Shown here piece by piece: positions 37,101-49,965 of a stretch of 64,000 nucleotides of DNA (within the stretch, counting starts at the first letter, position 1; the number at the start of each line of letters is the position of its first letter). Source of the stretch: Octopus sinensis (Eukaryota). Location of the stretch: contig NC_042997.1 of the NCBI RefSeq assembly GCF_006345805.1, forward strand, positions 15,438,001 through 15,502,000, given 5' to 3'. The notes under the pieces are model-generated. The model made no database searches, had not been told where the DNA came from, and was given only the letters and a program-made list of their open reading frames with translations. The position numbers were made by a program, and so were the translations under genes.

Positions 37101-39916
37101 ATAGGGAAAGCTTGATGCTTGACTGAAAGTGGGCGAGAGTAGCGAAAATGCGTCAGATGAATAGGAAAATAGGGAAAGCTGATGCTTGACTGAAAGTGGG
37201 CGAGAGTAGCGAAAATGCGTCAGATGAATAGGAAAATAGGAAAGCTTGATGCTTGACTGAAAGTGGGCGAGAGTAGCGAAAATGCGTCAGATGAATAGGA
37301 AAATAGGGAAAGCTTAATGCTTGACTGAAAGTGGGCGAGAGTAGCGAAAATGCGTCAGCTGAATAGGAAAATAGGGAAAGCTTGATGCTTGACTGAAAGT
37401 GGGCGAGAGTAGCGAAAATGCGTCAGATGATAGGAAAATAGGGAAAGCTTGATGCTTGACTGAAAGTGGGCGAGAGTAGCGAAAATGCGTCAGATGAATA
37501 GGAAAATAGGAAAGCTTAATGCTTGACTGAAAGTGGGCGAGAGTAGCGAAAATGCGTCAGCTGAATAGGAATATAGGGAAAGCTTGATGCTTGACTGAAA
37601 GTGGGCGAGAGTAGCGAAAATGCGTCAGATGAATAGGGAATAGGGAAAGCTTGATGCTTGACTGAAAGTGGGCGAGAGTAGTGAAAATGCGTCAGATGAA
37701 TAGGAAAATAGGGAAAGCTTGATGCTTGATGAAAGTGGGCGAGAGTAGCGAAAATGCGTCAGATGAATAGGAAAATAGGGAAAGCTTGATGCTTGACTGA
37801 AAGTGGGCGAGAGTAGCGAAAATGCGTCAGATGAATAGGAAAATAGGGAAAGCTTGATGCTTGACTGAAAGTGGGCGAGATTAGCGAAAATGCGTCAGCT
37901 GAATAGGGAAATAGGGAAAGCTTGATGCTTGACTGAAAGTGGGCGAGAGTATCGAAAATGCGTCAGCTGAATAGGGAATAGGGAAAGCTTGATGCTTGAC
38001 TGAAAGTGTGCGAGAGTAGCGAAAATGCGTCAGTGAATAGGAAATAGGGAAAGCTTGATGCTTGACTGAAAGTGGGCGAGAGTAGCGAAAATGCGTCAGA
38101 TGAATAGGAAAATGGGAAAGCTTGATGCTTGACTGAAATGGCGAGAGTAGCGAAAATGCGTCAGATGAATAGGAAAATAGGGAAAGCTTGATGCTTGACT
38201 GAAAGTGGGCGGAGTAGCGAAAATGCGTCAGATGAATAGGAAAATAGGAAAGCTTGATGCTTGACTGAAAGTGGGCGAGAGTAGCGAAAATGCGTCAGAT
38301 GAATAGGAAAATAGGGAAAGCTTGATGCTTGACTGAAAGTGGCGAGAGTGCGAAAATGCGTCAGACGAATAGGAATAGGGGAAGCTTGATGCTTGCTGAA
38401 AGTGGCGAGAGTAGCGAAAATGCGTCAGATGAATAGGAAAATAGGAAAGCTTGATGCTTGACTGAAAGTGGGCGAGAGTAGCGAAAATGCGTCAGATGAT
38501 AGGAAAATAGGGAAAGCTTGATGCTTGACTGAAAGTGGGCGAGAGTAGCGAAAATGCGTCAGATGAATAGGAAAATAGGGAAAGCTTGATGCTTGACTGA
38601 AAGTGGGCGAGAGTGCGAATGCGTCAGATGAATAGGGAAATAGGGAAAGCTTGATGCTTGACTGAAAGTGGGCGAGAGTAGCGAAAATGCGTCAGATGAA
38701 TAGGAAAATAGGGAAAGCTTGATGCTTGACTGAAAGTGGGCGAGAGTAGCGAAAATGCGTCAGACGAATAGGGAATAGGGAAAGCTTGATACTTGACTGA
38801 AAGTGGGTGCGAGAGTAGCGAAAATGCGTCAGAATAGAAAATAGGGAAAGCTTGATGCTTGACTGAAAGTGGGCGAGAGTAGCGAAAATGCGTCAGATGA
38901 ATAGGAAATAGGGAAAGCTTGATGCTTGACTGAGTGGGCGAGAGTAGCGAAAATGCGTCAGATGAATAGGAAAATAGGGAAAGCTTGATGCTTGACTGAA
39001 AGTGGGCGAGAGTAGCGAAAATGCGTCAGATGAATAGGAATATAGGGAAAGCTTGATGCTTGACTGAAAGTGGGCGAGAGTAGCGAAAATGCGTCAGATG
39101 AATAGGGAAATAGGGAAAGCTTGATGCTTGACTGAAAAGGGCGAGAGTAGCGAAAATGCGTCAGATGAATAGGAAAATAGGGAAAGCTTGATGCTTGACT
39201 GAAGTGGGCGAGAGAGTAGCGAAAATGCGTCAGATGAATAGGAAAATAGGGAAGCTTGATGCTTGACTGAAAGTGGGCGAGAGTAGCGAAAATGCGTCAG
39301 GAATAGGAAAATAGGGAAAGCTTGATGCTTGACTGAAAGTGGGCGAGAGTAGCGAAAATGCGTCAGATGAATAGAAAAAATAGGGAAAGCTTGATGCTTG
39401 ACTGAAAGTGGGCGAGAGTAGCGAAAATGCGTCAGATGAATAGGAAAATAGGGAAAGCTTGATGCTTGACTGAAAGTGGGCGAGAGTAGCGAAAATGCGT
39501 CAGATGAATAGGAAAATAGGGAAAGCTTGATGCTTGACTGAAAGGGGCGAGAGTAGCGAAAATGCGTCAGATGAATAGGAAAATAGGGAAAGCTTGATGC
39601 TTGACTGAAAGTGGGCGAGAGTAGCGAAAATGCGTCAGACGAATAGGGAAATAGGGAAAGCTTGATGCTTGACTGAAAGTGGGCGAGAGTAGCGAAAATG
39701 CGTCAGACGAATAGGAAAATAGGGAAAGCTTGATGCTTGACTGAAAGTGGGCGAGAGTAGTGAAAATGCGTCAGATGAATAGGAAAATAGGGAAAGCTTG
39801 ATGCTTGACTGAAAGTGGGCGAGCGTAGCGAAAATGCGTCAGATGAATAGGGAAATAGGGAAAGCTTGATGCTTGACTGAAAGTGGACGAGAGTAGCGAA
39901 AATGCGTCAGATGAAT
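31119..39916. repeat. Tandem satellite/minisatellite, 68-bp unit, about 129 copies
   Basis: Unit TAGGGAAAGCTTGATGCTTGACTGAAAGTGGGCGAGAGTAGCGAAAATGCGTCAGATGAATAGGAAAA. Period checked at 31141 to 31209. Confidence 0.97.
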
Positions 39917-40132
39917 GTCTTTATGTAACAGACCTAGGATTATAGTTTAAAGAAGATCTTGCAATTGGTAGTAAGGATAATCAGGCATTTGTGGAATTCC
40001 TCGATTGGCCCCCACCTGGTTGTCTCCCCATTGCGGTGTTTCATTTCAGTTTTGTTTCCCTTCGTCAATAAGTCTGAGGTTACGGCTGAAAGATGGATAT
40101 TGTTTTTGATAGTAAGGATAAAGCGGTATTTG

Positions 40133-40376
40133 TTGGGTGGCGTCCTGGCAGAAACGTTAGCACGCCGGGCGAAATGCTTAGCGGTATTTCGTCTGCGTTA
40201 CGTTGTGAGTTCAAATTCCGCCGAGGTCGACTTTGCCTTTCATCCTTTCGGGGTCGATAAATTAAGTACCAGTTACGCACTGGGGTCGATGTATTCGACT
40301 TAATACCTATGTCTGTTCTTGTTTGTCCCCTCTGTGTTTAGCCCCTTGTGGGTAATAAAGGAATAGGTATTTGTGA
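40133..40376 (+). mobile_element. Meta-domain-like SINE monomer with the first bases of a second unit
   Basis: The tail ends GGAATA|GGTATTTG. Confidence 0.82.
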
Positions 40377-40554
40377 GTTTCCTTGGTTGACTCCATGTGC
40401 TTGTCCGCTTATCGAGACATTTCATATCACTTTTGTTCATTCTATTCTTTTACATATCTTTTCTTTCATATCGTTTTCGTTTTGATAAATCCTGTCCACC
40501 TACTTTCTAATTTGTCATAGTAATGTTTACCTGACCATCGCTCTTGTGGAAAGC

Positions 40555-40567
40555 TTTATTATTATTA

Positions 40568-40637
<70 letters not shown>

Positions 40638-40683
40638 ATTATTGTTATTATTATTATTGCTATTGTTGTTGTTATCATTATTA

Positions 40684-40721
<38 letters not shown>

Positions 40722-40811
40722 GTTGTTGTTGTTGTTTTGTGTTGTTGTGTTTGTTGTCGATGTGTTGCTTGATGCTTTGCTGCTGCTGCTGCTGTTGTTG
40801 CTGCTGTTGTT

Positions 40812-40855
<44 letters not shown>

Positions 40856-40885
40856 TCATTCATTCATTCATTCATTCATTCATTC
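40555..40885. repeat. (ATT)n/(GTT)n/(GCT)n/(CAT)n/(TTCA)n compound tract
   Basis: Direct reading. Confidence 0.95.
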
Positions 40886-41289
40886 ATTCATTCCTTTCTT
40901 TTTTTTTCCTTTGTTTTTATTTTTTTCATTTTCATTTTCATTTTCATTAATCGCTTCCTTAAAACGATTTTATTACATTTCTAAAATTGTTATATATTTT
41001 TTTTAAAAAATTCGCATTTTTCTACACTCAATCATTTCTTCCTTTCCTTCTTTCTTTTCTTTCTTTCTTTCTTTCTTTCTTTTCACTTCTTTCTCTCTCT
41101 CTCTCTCTCACTCACTTTTTTTTTTCTCCCTTTGATCATGTTCATACTTTTTTTTCTCCATTCCTCTAAAAGTATTCAACTGCAAAATTTTCATTTGCTT
41201 CAACTACACAACATTCTGCCACGTTCTGTTTTATTTTTAAAAATTTCACTTTCTATTTCATATTATACAGGTTATTATCAGAATTTTAG

Positions 41290-41543
41290 AAACATCATCG
41301 TCGTCGTTGTCGTCATTGTCATTCTCATTGTCTTCGTCTTCGTCGTCGTCGTCGACGTCGTCACCGCGGTAGTCGTCGTCATCGTCATCGTCATCATCAT
41401 CATCTTCTTCTTCTATATGATCATCATGATCATGATCATGATCATCATCATCATCGGCGCCGTCGTCATCATCATTATCATCATCATCTTCATCATCATC
41501 ATCATCTTCATCATCATCGTCGTCGTCGTCATCATCATCATCG

Positions 41544-41581
<38 letters not shown>

Positions 41582-41617
41582 GTCATCGTCATCGTCATCA
41601 TCATCATCATCATCAAC

Positions 41618-41659
<42 letters not shown>

Positions 41660-41737
41660 GTCGTCGTCATCATCGTCGTCGTCGTCATCATCGTCATCGT
41701 CGTCATCATCATCATCATCATCGTCGTCGTCATCATT
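41290..41737. repeat. (CAT)n/(CGT)n tract
   Basis: Direct reading. Confidence 0.95.
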
Positions 41738-42858
41738 TAATAAAACATTATGGTAACGGCATTGCAGAAAAGGTTGTGTGCCGGATTAAACGTATTATAA
41801 ATATTTTAAAGCATGTGTTGATTTAGCCTTTTACTGTTGTCGATATTGTTGTTTAATGTTGTTTAATAACCAAATAGATCTATGATTGAAGATTTTCCAG
41901 CCGTGACCATCGCGTCTTCGTCTTCTTTACCAGGGACTAAACTTTCTAATGACTAAACTTTCTATGATGTAATTTTGGGGAATTTAGCAGCTACTTTTAT
42001 CAGATCAACAGACTGCTCGGACGCTTGTTCATCCTTCTTCAATGTCAGTAAAGTAGATACCATTGTTTACATTATTTACATTTGACGGACATTTGCGAAG
42101 AAATCGTTATGCGTTTTAAAATTCCATTCTCCAAGAGCGTTATTCATTTATTCGTTTGATGATTTCAAACATTGGAATAAGATATCCAATTTGCAGAGTC
42201 GCTACGTCACCTGATAAAATACCTTGTGGTATTTGTTCTGGATCTCTTCGATCTGACTCCAAATTCTGGTGAGGCCTTCTGAGCTTTTTATACCTTTGGT
42301 GGTCGATAAATGAAGTATAAGTAAAAGGGTCACTTTCCTCTGCTTCTCTCTGTATCTGTCTGTCTGTCTGTCTGTCTCATGCATGAATGTGCTCTCACAT
42401 ACATTTACACACACACACGCACATATTTCTCTCTCTCTCTCTCATGTAACAGCTCTCGAGTGAGCAGGACCTGAATGCTCATTTCGCAGTCCCACTACAC
42501 ACGCAACAAGAAAGGAAAACGGTCATCCGACTGTTGCTATGCTAGGACACTTCCTTCTCTATCATAGTCGATTACAAAAACCTCGGTGCATATTTTATCG
42601 ACTGATATTTATTTTATAAACCTCAGAAATACAAACGATAAAGTGAGCCTGGACGAGGTTTGAACTCCGATCGTAAAGAGGCATGACCAAATATGATGTA
42701 CTACCAGTTCTACCATTCATTCGACATAGAATAATTACGAGAAATATACTAGAAAGGGATTTAATTAATTTTCTGTGTCCTCGTCCAAACTGCTTATCCA
42801 ATAAAGACATTTCTATCTGTCCCGGTTATGACTGACCTGATAGATCTGTATATAGTCT

Positions 42859-43241
42859 CTGAAGCACTCCGTCGGTTACGACGACGAGGGTTCCGGTTGA
42901 TCCGAATCAACGGAACAGCCTGCTCGTGAAATTAACGTGTAAGTGGCTGAGCACTCCACAGACACGTGTACCCTTAACGTAGTTCTCGGGGATATTCAGC
43001 GTGACACAGAGAGTGACAAGGCCGGCCCCTTGAAATACAGGTACAACAGAAACAGGAAGTAAGAGTGAGAGAAAGTTGTGGTGAAAGAGTACAGCAGGGA
43101 TCACCACCATCCCTGCCGGAGCCTCGTGGAGCTTTTAGGTGTTTTCGCTCAATAAACACTCACAACGCCCGGTCTGGGAATCGAAACCGCGATCCTACGA
43201 CCGCGAGTCCGCTGCCCTAACCACTGGGCCATTGCGCCTCC
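42859..43241 (-). mobile_element. tRNA-Arg-like (OR-type) SINE
   Basis: 12-bp TSD TGTATATAGTCT (42847-42858, 43242-43253). Confidence 0.9.
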
Positions 43242-43721
43242 TGTATATAGTCTACTATATTATAGTAGACTATATACACAAATTATAGATTATCCACTAG
43301 GTTTAATGCATAATACCAGCAGTCGGAATGACTGCAACGTAAAAAAAAAATCTTTGTATGATTCTTTTGGTTTTGTAGATTTTTATTACATCATAAGAAT
43401 TTATGTTTGGCACTAGTTTTATAACATGCAACAATTGAAGGAAATAATGCTAGTTTCTTGACATATCGCAGATGAAGGATAGCTCCCTGTTTCCTGTATA
43501 ACATGCCAGTCCATGATGGCTTAGTTAAAAAGTTAGCTTCACAAAAACATGATTACGGGTTCGATCCTACTGCACAATTTCTTTGATAAATGCTTTCTAC
43601 TATAGTTTCGGGGTGAGGAATTAGCTCTTGTTCTTATGCGGTGGACTTAATCCGTTGCCTGGCTAGATATCATCACCTGGTCCTTGGGTAGTTGCCTTTA
43701 GTGGGATCGACTCTTTTGCAG

Positions 43722-43848
43722 ACATTTGGGCCAAATCTACAAAACCAGAAGACTTCGGGTCAAACCGACAAAACCAGAAGAATCATATACAGATGCCCGT
43801 CCGAATACAGCTTCTCGTCCTTCCTAAATCTCGGAGACATTGAAAAAG
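43722..43848 (+). CDS. Candidate 127-nt internal exon
   Basis: Acceptor CTCTTTTGCAG| and donor AAG|GTACTG. One frame is open (TFGPNLQNQKTSGQTDKTRRIIYRCPSEYSFSSFLNLGDIEK). No homology recognised. Confidence 0.3.
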
Positions 43849-44499
43849 GTACTGCCATTCCTTCATTGACTAAGCAATTAAAGAACAACATTTATAGATA
43901 GTCTGTTATCTATTTCCGACAATTAGGTGAATTTCCACAATGTAAAATAAAATATTTTGCTCATAAACGTAAGGAAATATCTGCTGTGTAACTTAAATAA
44001 TGTCATCATCCTCACCCTCACCCTCGTCCTCACCACCACCACCACCACCACCACCACCACCGCCGCCGCCGCTGCCATCCCCAAACTTTGTACCTGAAAC
44101 AGAATATTTTTGAAGACAAAAACGTTCATTCCATTGCTACTGATCGTAGATAATACACTTCTTACCTATAATTTCTATGTCACAACAATCCAAATGTTAA
44201 CTGCATGTTTACGCCACCAAATACGCCAGCATTGCAAATAATAGACCAAAGCGTTATTGCAACATTTAATAGATATTGTTTTCAGTGCACATTTGGTCAG
44301 TTAATAAATGCTATTGACAAGAAAAGGGAACATCACAAAAGGACCTTGGAAATTATTCAGTGCTTTATATGAAGTAAAAATATTAAAGACCTGGAACATA
44401 TCTATAGAGAGAAAAATACGAAAGTCGGTGGGAATGAATTCTGCCTTCAATTCAATGAAATTTTTATGATTTTGAAAGAATAGAAAAGATTATTCAAAA

Positions 44500-44870
44500 T
44501 AAAACAGAGGTTGATTGTTGATCCTGCTAATCAATTGTACCTTGATGTTTCTACGAATGACATAAAAGACCTATTTCGGTCACATGACCAAAAGCTCACA
44601 AACGAAAGCCTCATTGAAACTGAAGGACATTATGAAGAAAATGGAAAAGATTTAACAATGGAAACCCCTGCTTATTCCCTCCCCGTTGATGAAATAGTCG
44701 AAACCTCACCACACAATCAAATAGCGATTGAGATTTTCAAGTCCCACTATTCAAATTACAAGTGAAGTTGAAAATTTGCTGCCAATCTAAGTAAATATCT
44801 CTTCTGGTTATCATGAAAGAGTGTCGAGGAAGCACAGAACTCTTGATACACTTTATAAAGCAAAAAGACA
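44500..44870 (+). pseudogene. pogo/Tigger transposase C-terminal remnant
   Basis: LYLDVSTNDIKDLFRSHDQKLTNESLIE...AIEIFKSH, and a terminal RTLDT-like motif. Confidence 0.6.
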
Positions 44871-44982
44871 CTTCTTCAAGTGATCCAATTACGAGCAGTG
44901 AAGCATAAAAAAAAAACAACAGAAAACTGCCATTTCACTGTTTATTATTTATAAATGATTAAGGCAGTAGTATATCACAGTG

Positions 44983-45245
44983 TAGTGGCGCAATGGCCCA
45001 GTGGTTAGGGCAGCGGACTGGCGGTCGGAGGATTGCAGTTTCGATTCCCAGACCGGGCATTGTGTGTGTTTATTGAGCGAAAACACATAAAAGCTCCACG
45101 AGGCTCCAGCAGGGGGGTGGTGGCGACCCCTGTTGTACTCTTTCGCCACACTAACTCTCATTCTCTCTTCCTGTTTCTTGAGTAATGCTGCGTTGGACTG
45201 GCGTCTCGTCCAGCTGGGGGAAACACATACGCCACAGAAACCGAC
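44983..45245 (+). mobile_element. OR-type SINE head and body with a different 3' tail
   Basis: Matches the 701 family up to TTCCTGTTTCT, then continues GAGTAATGCTGCGTTGGACTGGCGTCTCGTCCAGC...CAGAAACCG. Confidence 0.7.
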
Positions 45246-45324
45246 GTTTATCATTTTATCGTATATCACAGTAGAGGAACTGCATATTTGTACATCACAG
45301 CAGAGGCATATTTGTACATCAGAT

Positions 45325-45400
45325 CGTAGGCTCGAAACGTCAAAGACCTTTCCATTTTCCCCGAGCGTCAAACTAATACACACCTGCTTGTTGTATATAT
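45325..45400 (+). mobile_element. 5'-truncated pseudo-LTR fragment (right half of the hammerhead)
   Basis: CGTAGGCTCGAAACGTCAAAGA, then CCGAGCGTCAAACTAATAC, as at 6381 and 15808. Confidence 0.55.
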
Positions 45401-45939
45401 TGTTCATAGAGGAGGTATTTAAAAATGCAGCCCATACATTGTGGAGTTCGGCTGTGGTGAACATACATCTGTTGTAAAGTGTCTCTGCTGGAATATGGCA
45501 TTTTTATTATGAAGCACCGTTTGCTGTGATACACATATATATATTATAGAATTTCTCTCCTGCGATATAAATGCATGTATAGTTTCTATTGTTTTACACT
45601 TACACCTACCTCGAAGTGCCGGATTCTGTGATGTACATACGTATATCGTGAAATATAATATCTCTGCTGTAATGTATATACATGTATTATCTATGCTATG
45701 ATGTACACACATCTATTAGGAAGTGTGTATACATGTATGTATTTACATGTATTGCATCTGTTGTAATATACACACATGTAATGTGAAGTGTCAATCTGTA
45801 ATGTATATATTCATATTGTCCTTACTGTAATCTACACATAGTTATACATCCGCCGTGAAATAGCTGGCAACTAGTGAATGGTTTGTTCAATCGCGTTAAT
45901 TAAATTATCGATTCATCGATCATCACAAGGCGGGAAAGA

Positions 45940-46053
45940 GTGAGATAGGGAGAGAAAGGTGATGGAGAGAAAGGTGAGAGAAATGGATAGAAAGGGAAAC
46001 TGGTTGGCAGAGAAATAAAAAGAGAGAAGGTAAGACATTGAGATAGAGAAACC

Positions 46054-46085
<32 letters not shown>

Positions 46086-46180
46086 TATAGATAGATAGAT
46101 AGATAGGTAGATAGATAGGTAGATAGATAGATAGATGGAGAGAGAGTCAAGAGATAGATAGATAAATAGGTAGATAGATG

Positions 46181-46221
<41 letters not shown>

Positions 46222-46222
46222 G

Positions 46223-46261
<39 letters not shown>

Positions 46262-46900
46262 CGAAAGAGAGCAATTCCTTAATTGGAGAAAAATGAAAAA
46301 GGAGAGGGAGATAAACTAGAAGGGAAGTTTGAGAAAGAGAGGGAGGGATAGGTTGATAGTGAAAAAAGGGGAGAGATAAGACATGGGCAGTAAAGGTGGA
46401 AACCAGAGCCAATCAGAAGAATGTGGTTGTGTAGATATCGAGATAGAGATAGATAAATAGATAGAAAAAGAAGGGGAGAGAGAAAGAGAGAGAAGGAAGG
46501 GGTAGTGAGAGATAACGAAAGAGGAGTAGGAGAGAGAAGAAAGGAGAGGTAAGGAGAGAGAATGAGAGAAAATAGTTGTAAGGGAGAGACATAGCCAATG
46601 AGCTAGAAATATTAATTTTGAGAGAGAGGGAGAGAGAGAGAGAGTGTGTGTGTGAGAGAGAGAGAAGTATAAGAGAGATGAAAGAGAATCAGATTTAGGA
46701 GAACATTGGAAATAGCTAAACATAGGGAGTGACAGAAGCTGATTTTGAAACAGAAGTGAAAAATAGGAGAAAGGGAAGAAAGAAGAAAGAAGAAAGCGGA
46801 CTATGAAATGGAGGGAGAGAAAACAAGAAAGCAGACGGAAGATTTGATTGAAATACAAAGAGGAAAATCAAAGAGAAAAGGAAAATTGAAAGAGGAGGGA
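45940..46900. repeat. Purine-rich (GATA)n/(GA)n low-complexity block
   Basis: Direct reading. Confidence 0.9.
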
Positions 46901-47116
46901 TATAAACACATAGACACACACATACACACGCACACACACACGCACACGTATGTAAACACGTGCACACATGCGCACGCGCGCACATAGACACACACACATA
47001 GGCATTCATATATAAGTATGCGTGTATAAATACGTACGTACGTACGTACGTATATATGTATGTATGCATGTATGTATTTATGTATGTACATGCAAACCTC
47101 TCACTTATATATAATG

Positions 47117-47289
47117 GTGCAGGAGTGGCTGTGTGGTAAGTAGCTTGCTAACCAACCTCATGGTTCCGGGTTCAGTCCCACTGCGTGGCATCCTGGGCAA
47201 GTGTCTTCTGCTATAGCCCCGGGCCGACCAATGCCTTGTGAGTGGATTTGGTAGACGGAAACTGAAAGAAGCCTGTCGTATATATGTAT

Positions 47290-47334
<45 letters not shown>

Positions 47335-47548
47335 TTGTGTGTCTGTGTTTGTCCCCCTAGCATTGCTTGACAAACGATGCTGGTGTGTTTACGTCCCCGT
47401 CACTTAGCGGTTCGGCGAAAGAGACCGATAGAATAAGTACTGGGCTTACAAAGAATAAGTCCCGGGGCCGAGTTGCTCGACTAAAAAGGCGGTGCTCCAG
47501 CATGGCCGCAGTCATATGACTGAAACAAGTAAAAGAGTAAAAGAGTAT
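47117..47548 (+). mobile_element. CORE-like SINE, full length
   Basis: GCAGGAGTGGCTGTGTGGTAAG head, CCTGGGCAAGTGTCTT, internal (TA)/(TG), GTAAAAGA tail. Confidence 0.9.
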
Positions 47549-47689
47549 GGCAACTTTCAAGGAAAAAGGGAGATAATTTAAAGAAATCCAAAATAAGCTT
47601 CTCTAATTGATTTACCCGCTGAGGAAAAGATTGTCCGATTCTGATAATTTGTCACAGGCAGGAACAAGTGTATACATATCTTTTGTCAT

Positions 47690-48230
<541 letters not shown>

Positions 48231-48555
48231 TGTGTATGTTTCAGTCTCTTAGATATCGTTTGTATATTACTTGCTAGAACTTGCCTGTAAATCAGATATC
48301 AAACTTTCAATGTAGAAAAATAATTATGTATATTTTTGTCTAAGAGTAATTTCCATAAGCAAAAATAACAAGAATAAGTCAAAAGGAATTAAATTTAAAA
48401 TGACGTTAGATTTTCGACGAGCTCCTTCTCCTGCTTAGAGTTAAATTTTAGAAAAAATTCAAATTTCTTTCTGTACAGCATCCACTATGTTACCTTTTAC
48501 GTATTTACGTACATACATACGTCCTCACCATATACACACACACACACACACACAC

Positions 48556-48622
<67 letters not shown>

Positions 48623-48977
48623 ATAAACGAAATAAGAAAACAGAAGATGAATTTGGCACGTCGCTATTACTAGTCAAAATTGTTTCAGCACCACTACCTT
48701 TTTAACGCCATTACACAAATGACTTCATGTGAAAAGTTACGCAATATTTGCGGTTGATTACATATATGTTAGCTAGATGGTTTGATATTTGATATTTTCT
48801 TTACGTTGATATTAAATTTAATTGGTTTATTGTTTAATTGCTCTTTTTCATTTTATCTAATTTGGTTTTAGTAACCATTAATACACATTCTTAATAAGCA
48901 ATAATTTGTGACTGTTTATTCCTTTATATTTTAGCTTCTTTCGTTATCTACTAATTTAATGTATGTTTATCCTGTAG

Positions 48978-49000
48978 GCAGTAATCTTTTTGGGTTCCAA
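48978..49000 (+). CDS. Candidate 23-nt microexon
   Basis: Branch-like TACTAAT at 48949, acceptor TTATCCTGTAG|, donor AA|GTAAGT. Confidence 0.35.
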
Positions 49001-49671
49001 GTAAGTGATTTGCGCTAATTGTGCTAGTATCGCTTTTACATAAAACACGTGTGTCAGTTAACGTGTATAATTATGGTTCGTGAGTCTTTTTAATGTTTAT
49101 TGTAATTCTAATTGGTTTATTGTTTGATTAACACAAGGGTAGTGTCTTTTTCATTTTAATTCCGTTAGTCATCAATACAAAAGTTTAATAAGTTTAACAA
49201 GTTTCATAAGTTTAATAAGCAGTAGTTTAATCCTTTCATTCTTCTTTATTTTAATTTCGTCATTAGGCACTAGTTTAATGCTTGTTTATCCGTTTAATTT
49301 CATCAACCGTAGTAAGTTGTAGGCATTAATCCTTTTAGATCTCGGGTGAGTCATATACTTTTTACATTTTATGTTATTATTAGCTTGGAAAAGTACACGT
49401 TGTGTCATATGATGTAGGGGCTCTATTCTATCACAAGTATATGTGTGTGGTATTTTTTTTCATTACGCTACGTTTTATAATTTTTGAACTCTGTGAATAC
49501 CACTGGCTTGAACGGAACCGCTTGGTCGAAACCACAATAATTTTCGACGGAGCAGCTGATGATGTAACGTCTATGTCTGCTTAAATTAAATCGCGGATAT
49601 TGTGAAGAGAATGTAGTTGTTTATACGCACCCCACTTTTGTCTTGCTGTTTACTAATTTTGTGTCCTTCAG

Positions 49672-49767
49672 CTTATCGATGTTATTTCCATTCGTAATCC
49701 TACCTGGAATAGGCCTAAGCCTAAGTCTTTCTTTTTCGTTCTATCTATTGTCCATTATTTTATGTAA
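49672..49767 (+). CDS. Candidate exon (possibly terminal)
   Basis: TACTAAT at 49651, acceptor GTGTCCTTCAG|. Frame 0 reads LIDVISIRNPTWNRPKPKSFFFVLSIVHYFM*. Confidence 0.25.
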   Translation, partial: LIDVISIRNPTWNRPKPKSFFFVLSIVHYFM

Positions 49768-49914
49768 AGATTTGTAAGAGTTGGTATATTTAACTGGATT
49801 TCAGTTTGTTAATACGCCTCTTTATCAAGAAATGTGGTTTACAAGATTACAGAATGATAACACGAATAACAACACAAACAACAACAACAACTCCTCCTCC
49901 TCCTCCTCCTCCTC

Positions 49915-49965
<51 letters not shown>

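Noticed and set aside
36000-39400. Higher density of single-base indels as biological divergence
   Set aside because: The indels are mostly homopolymer shortenings, consistent with long-read consensus error.
31119-39916. CRISPR array, coding repeat or tandem hammerheads in the 68-bp unit
   Set aside because: There are no unique spacers, 68 is not a multiple of 3 and stops recur. CUGAAAG..GAAA..GUC fails G8/A9 and cannot form stem III.
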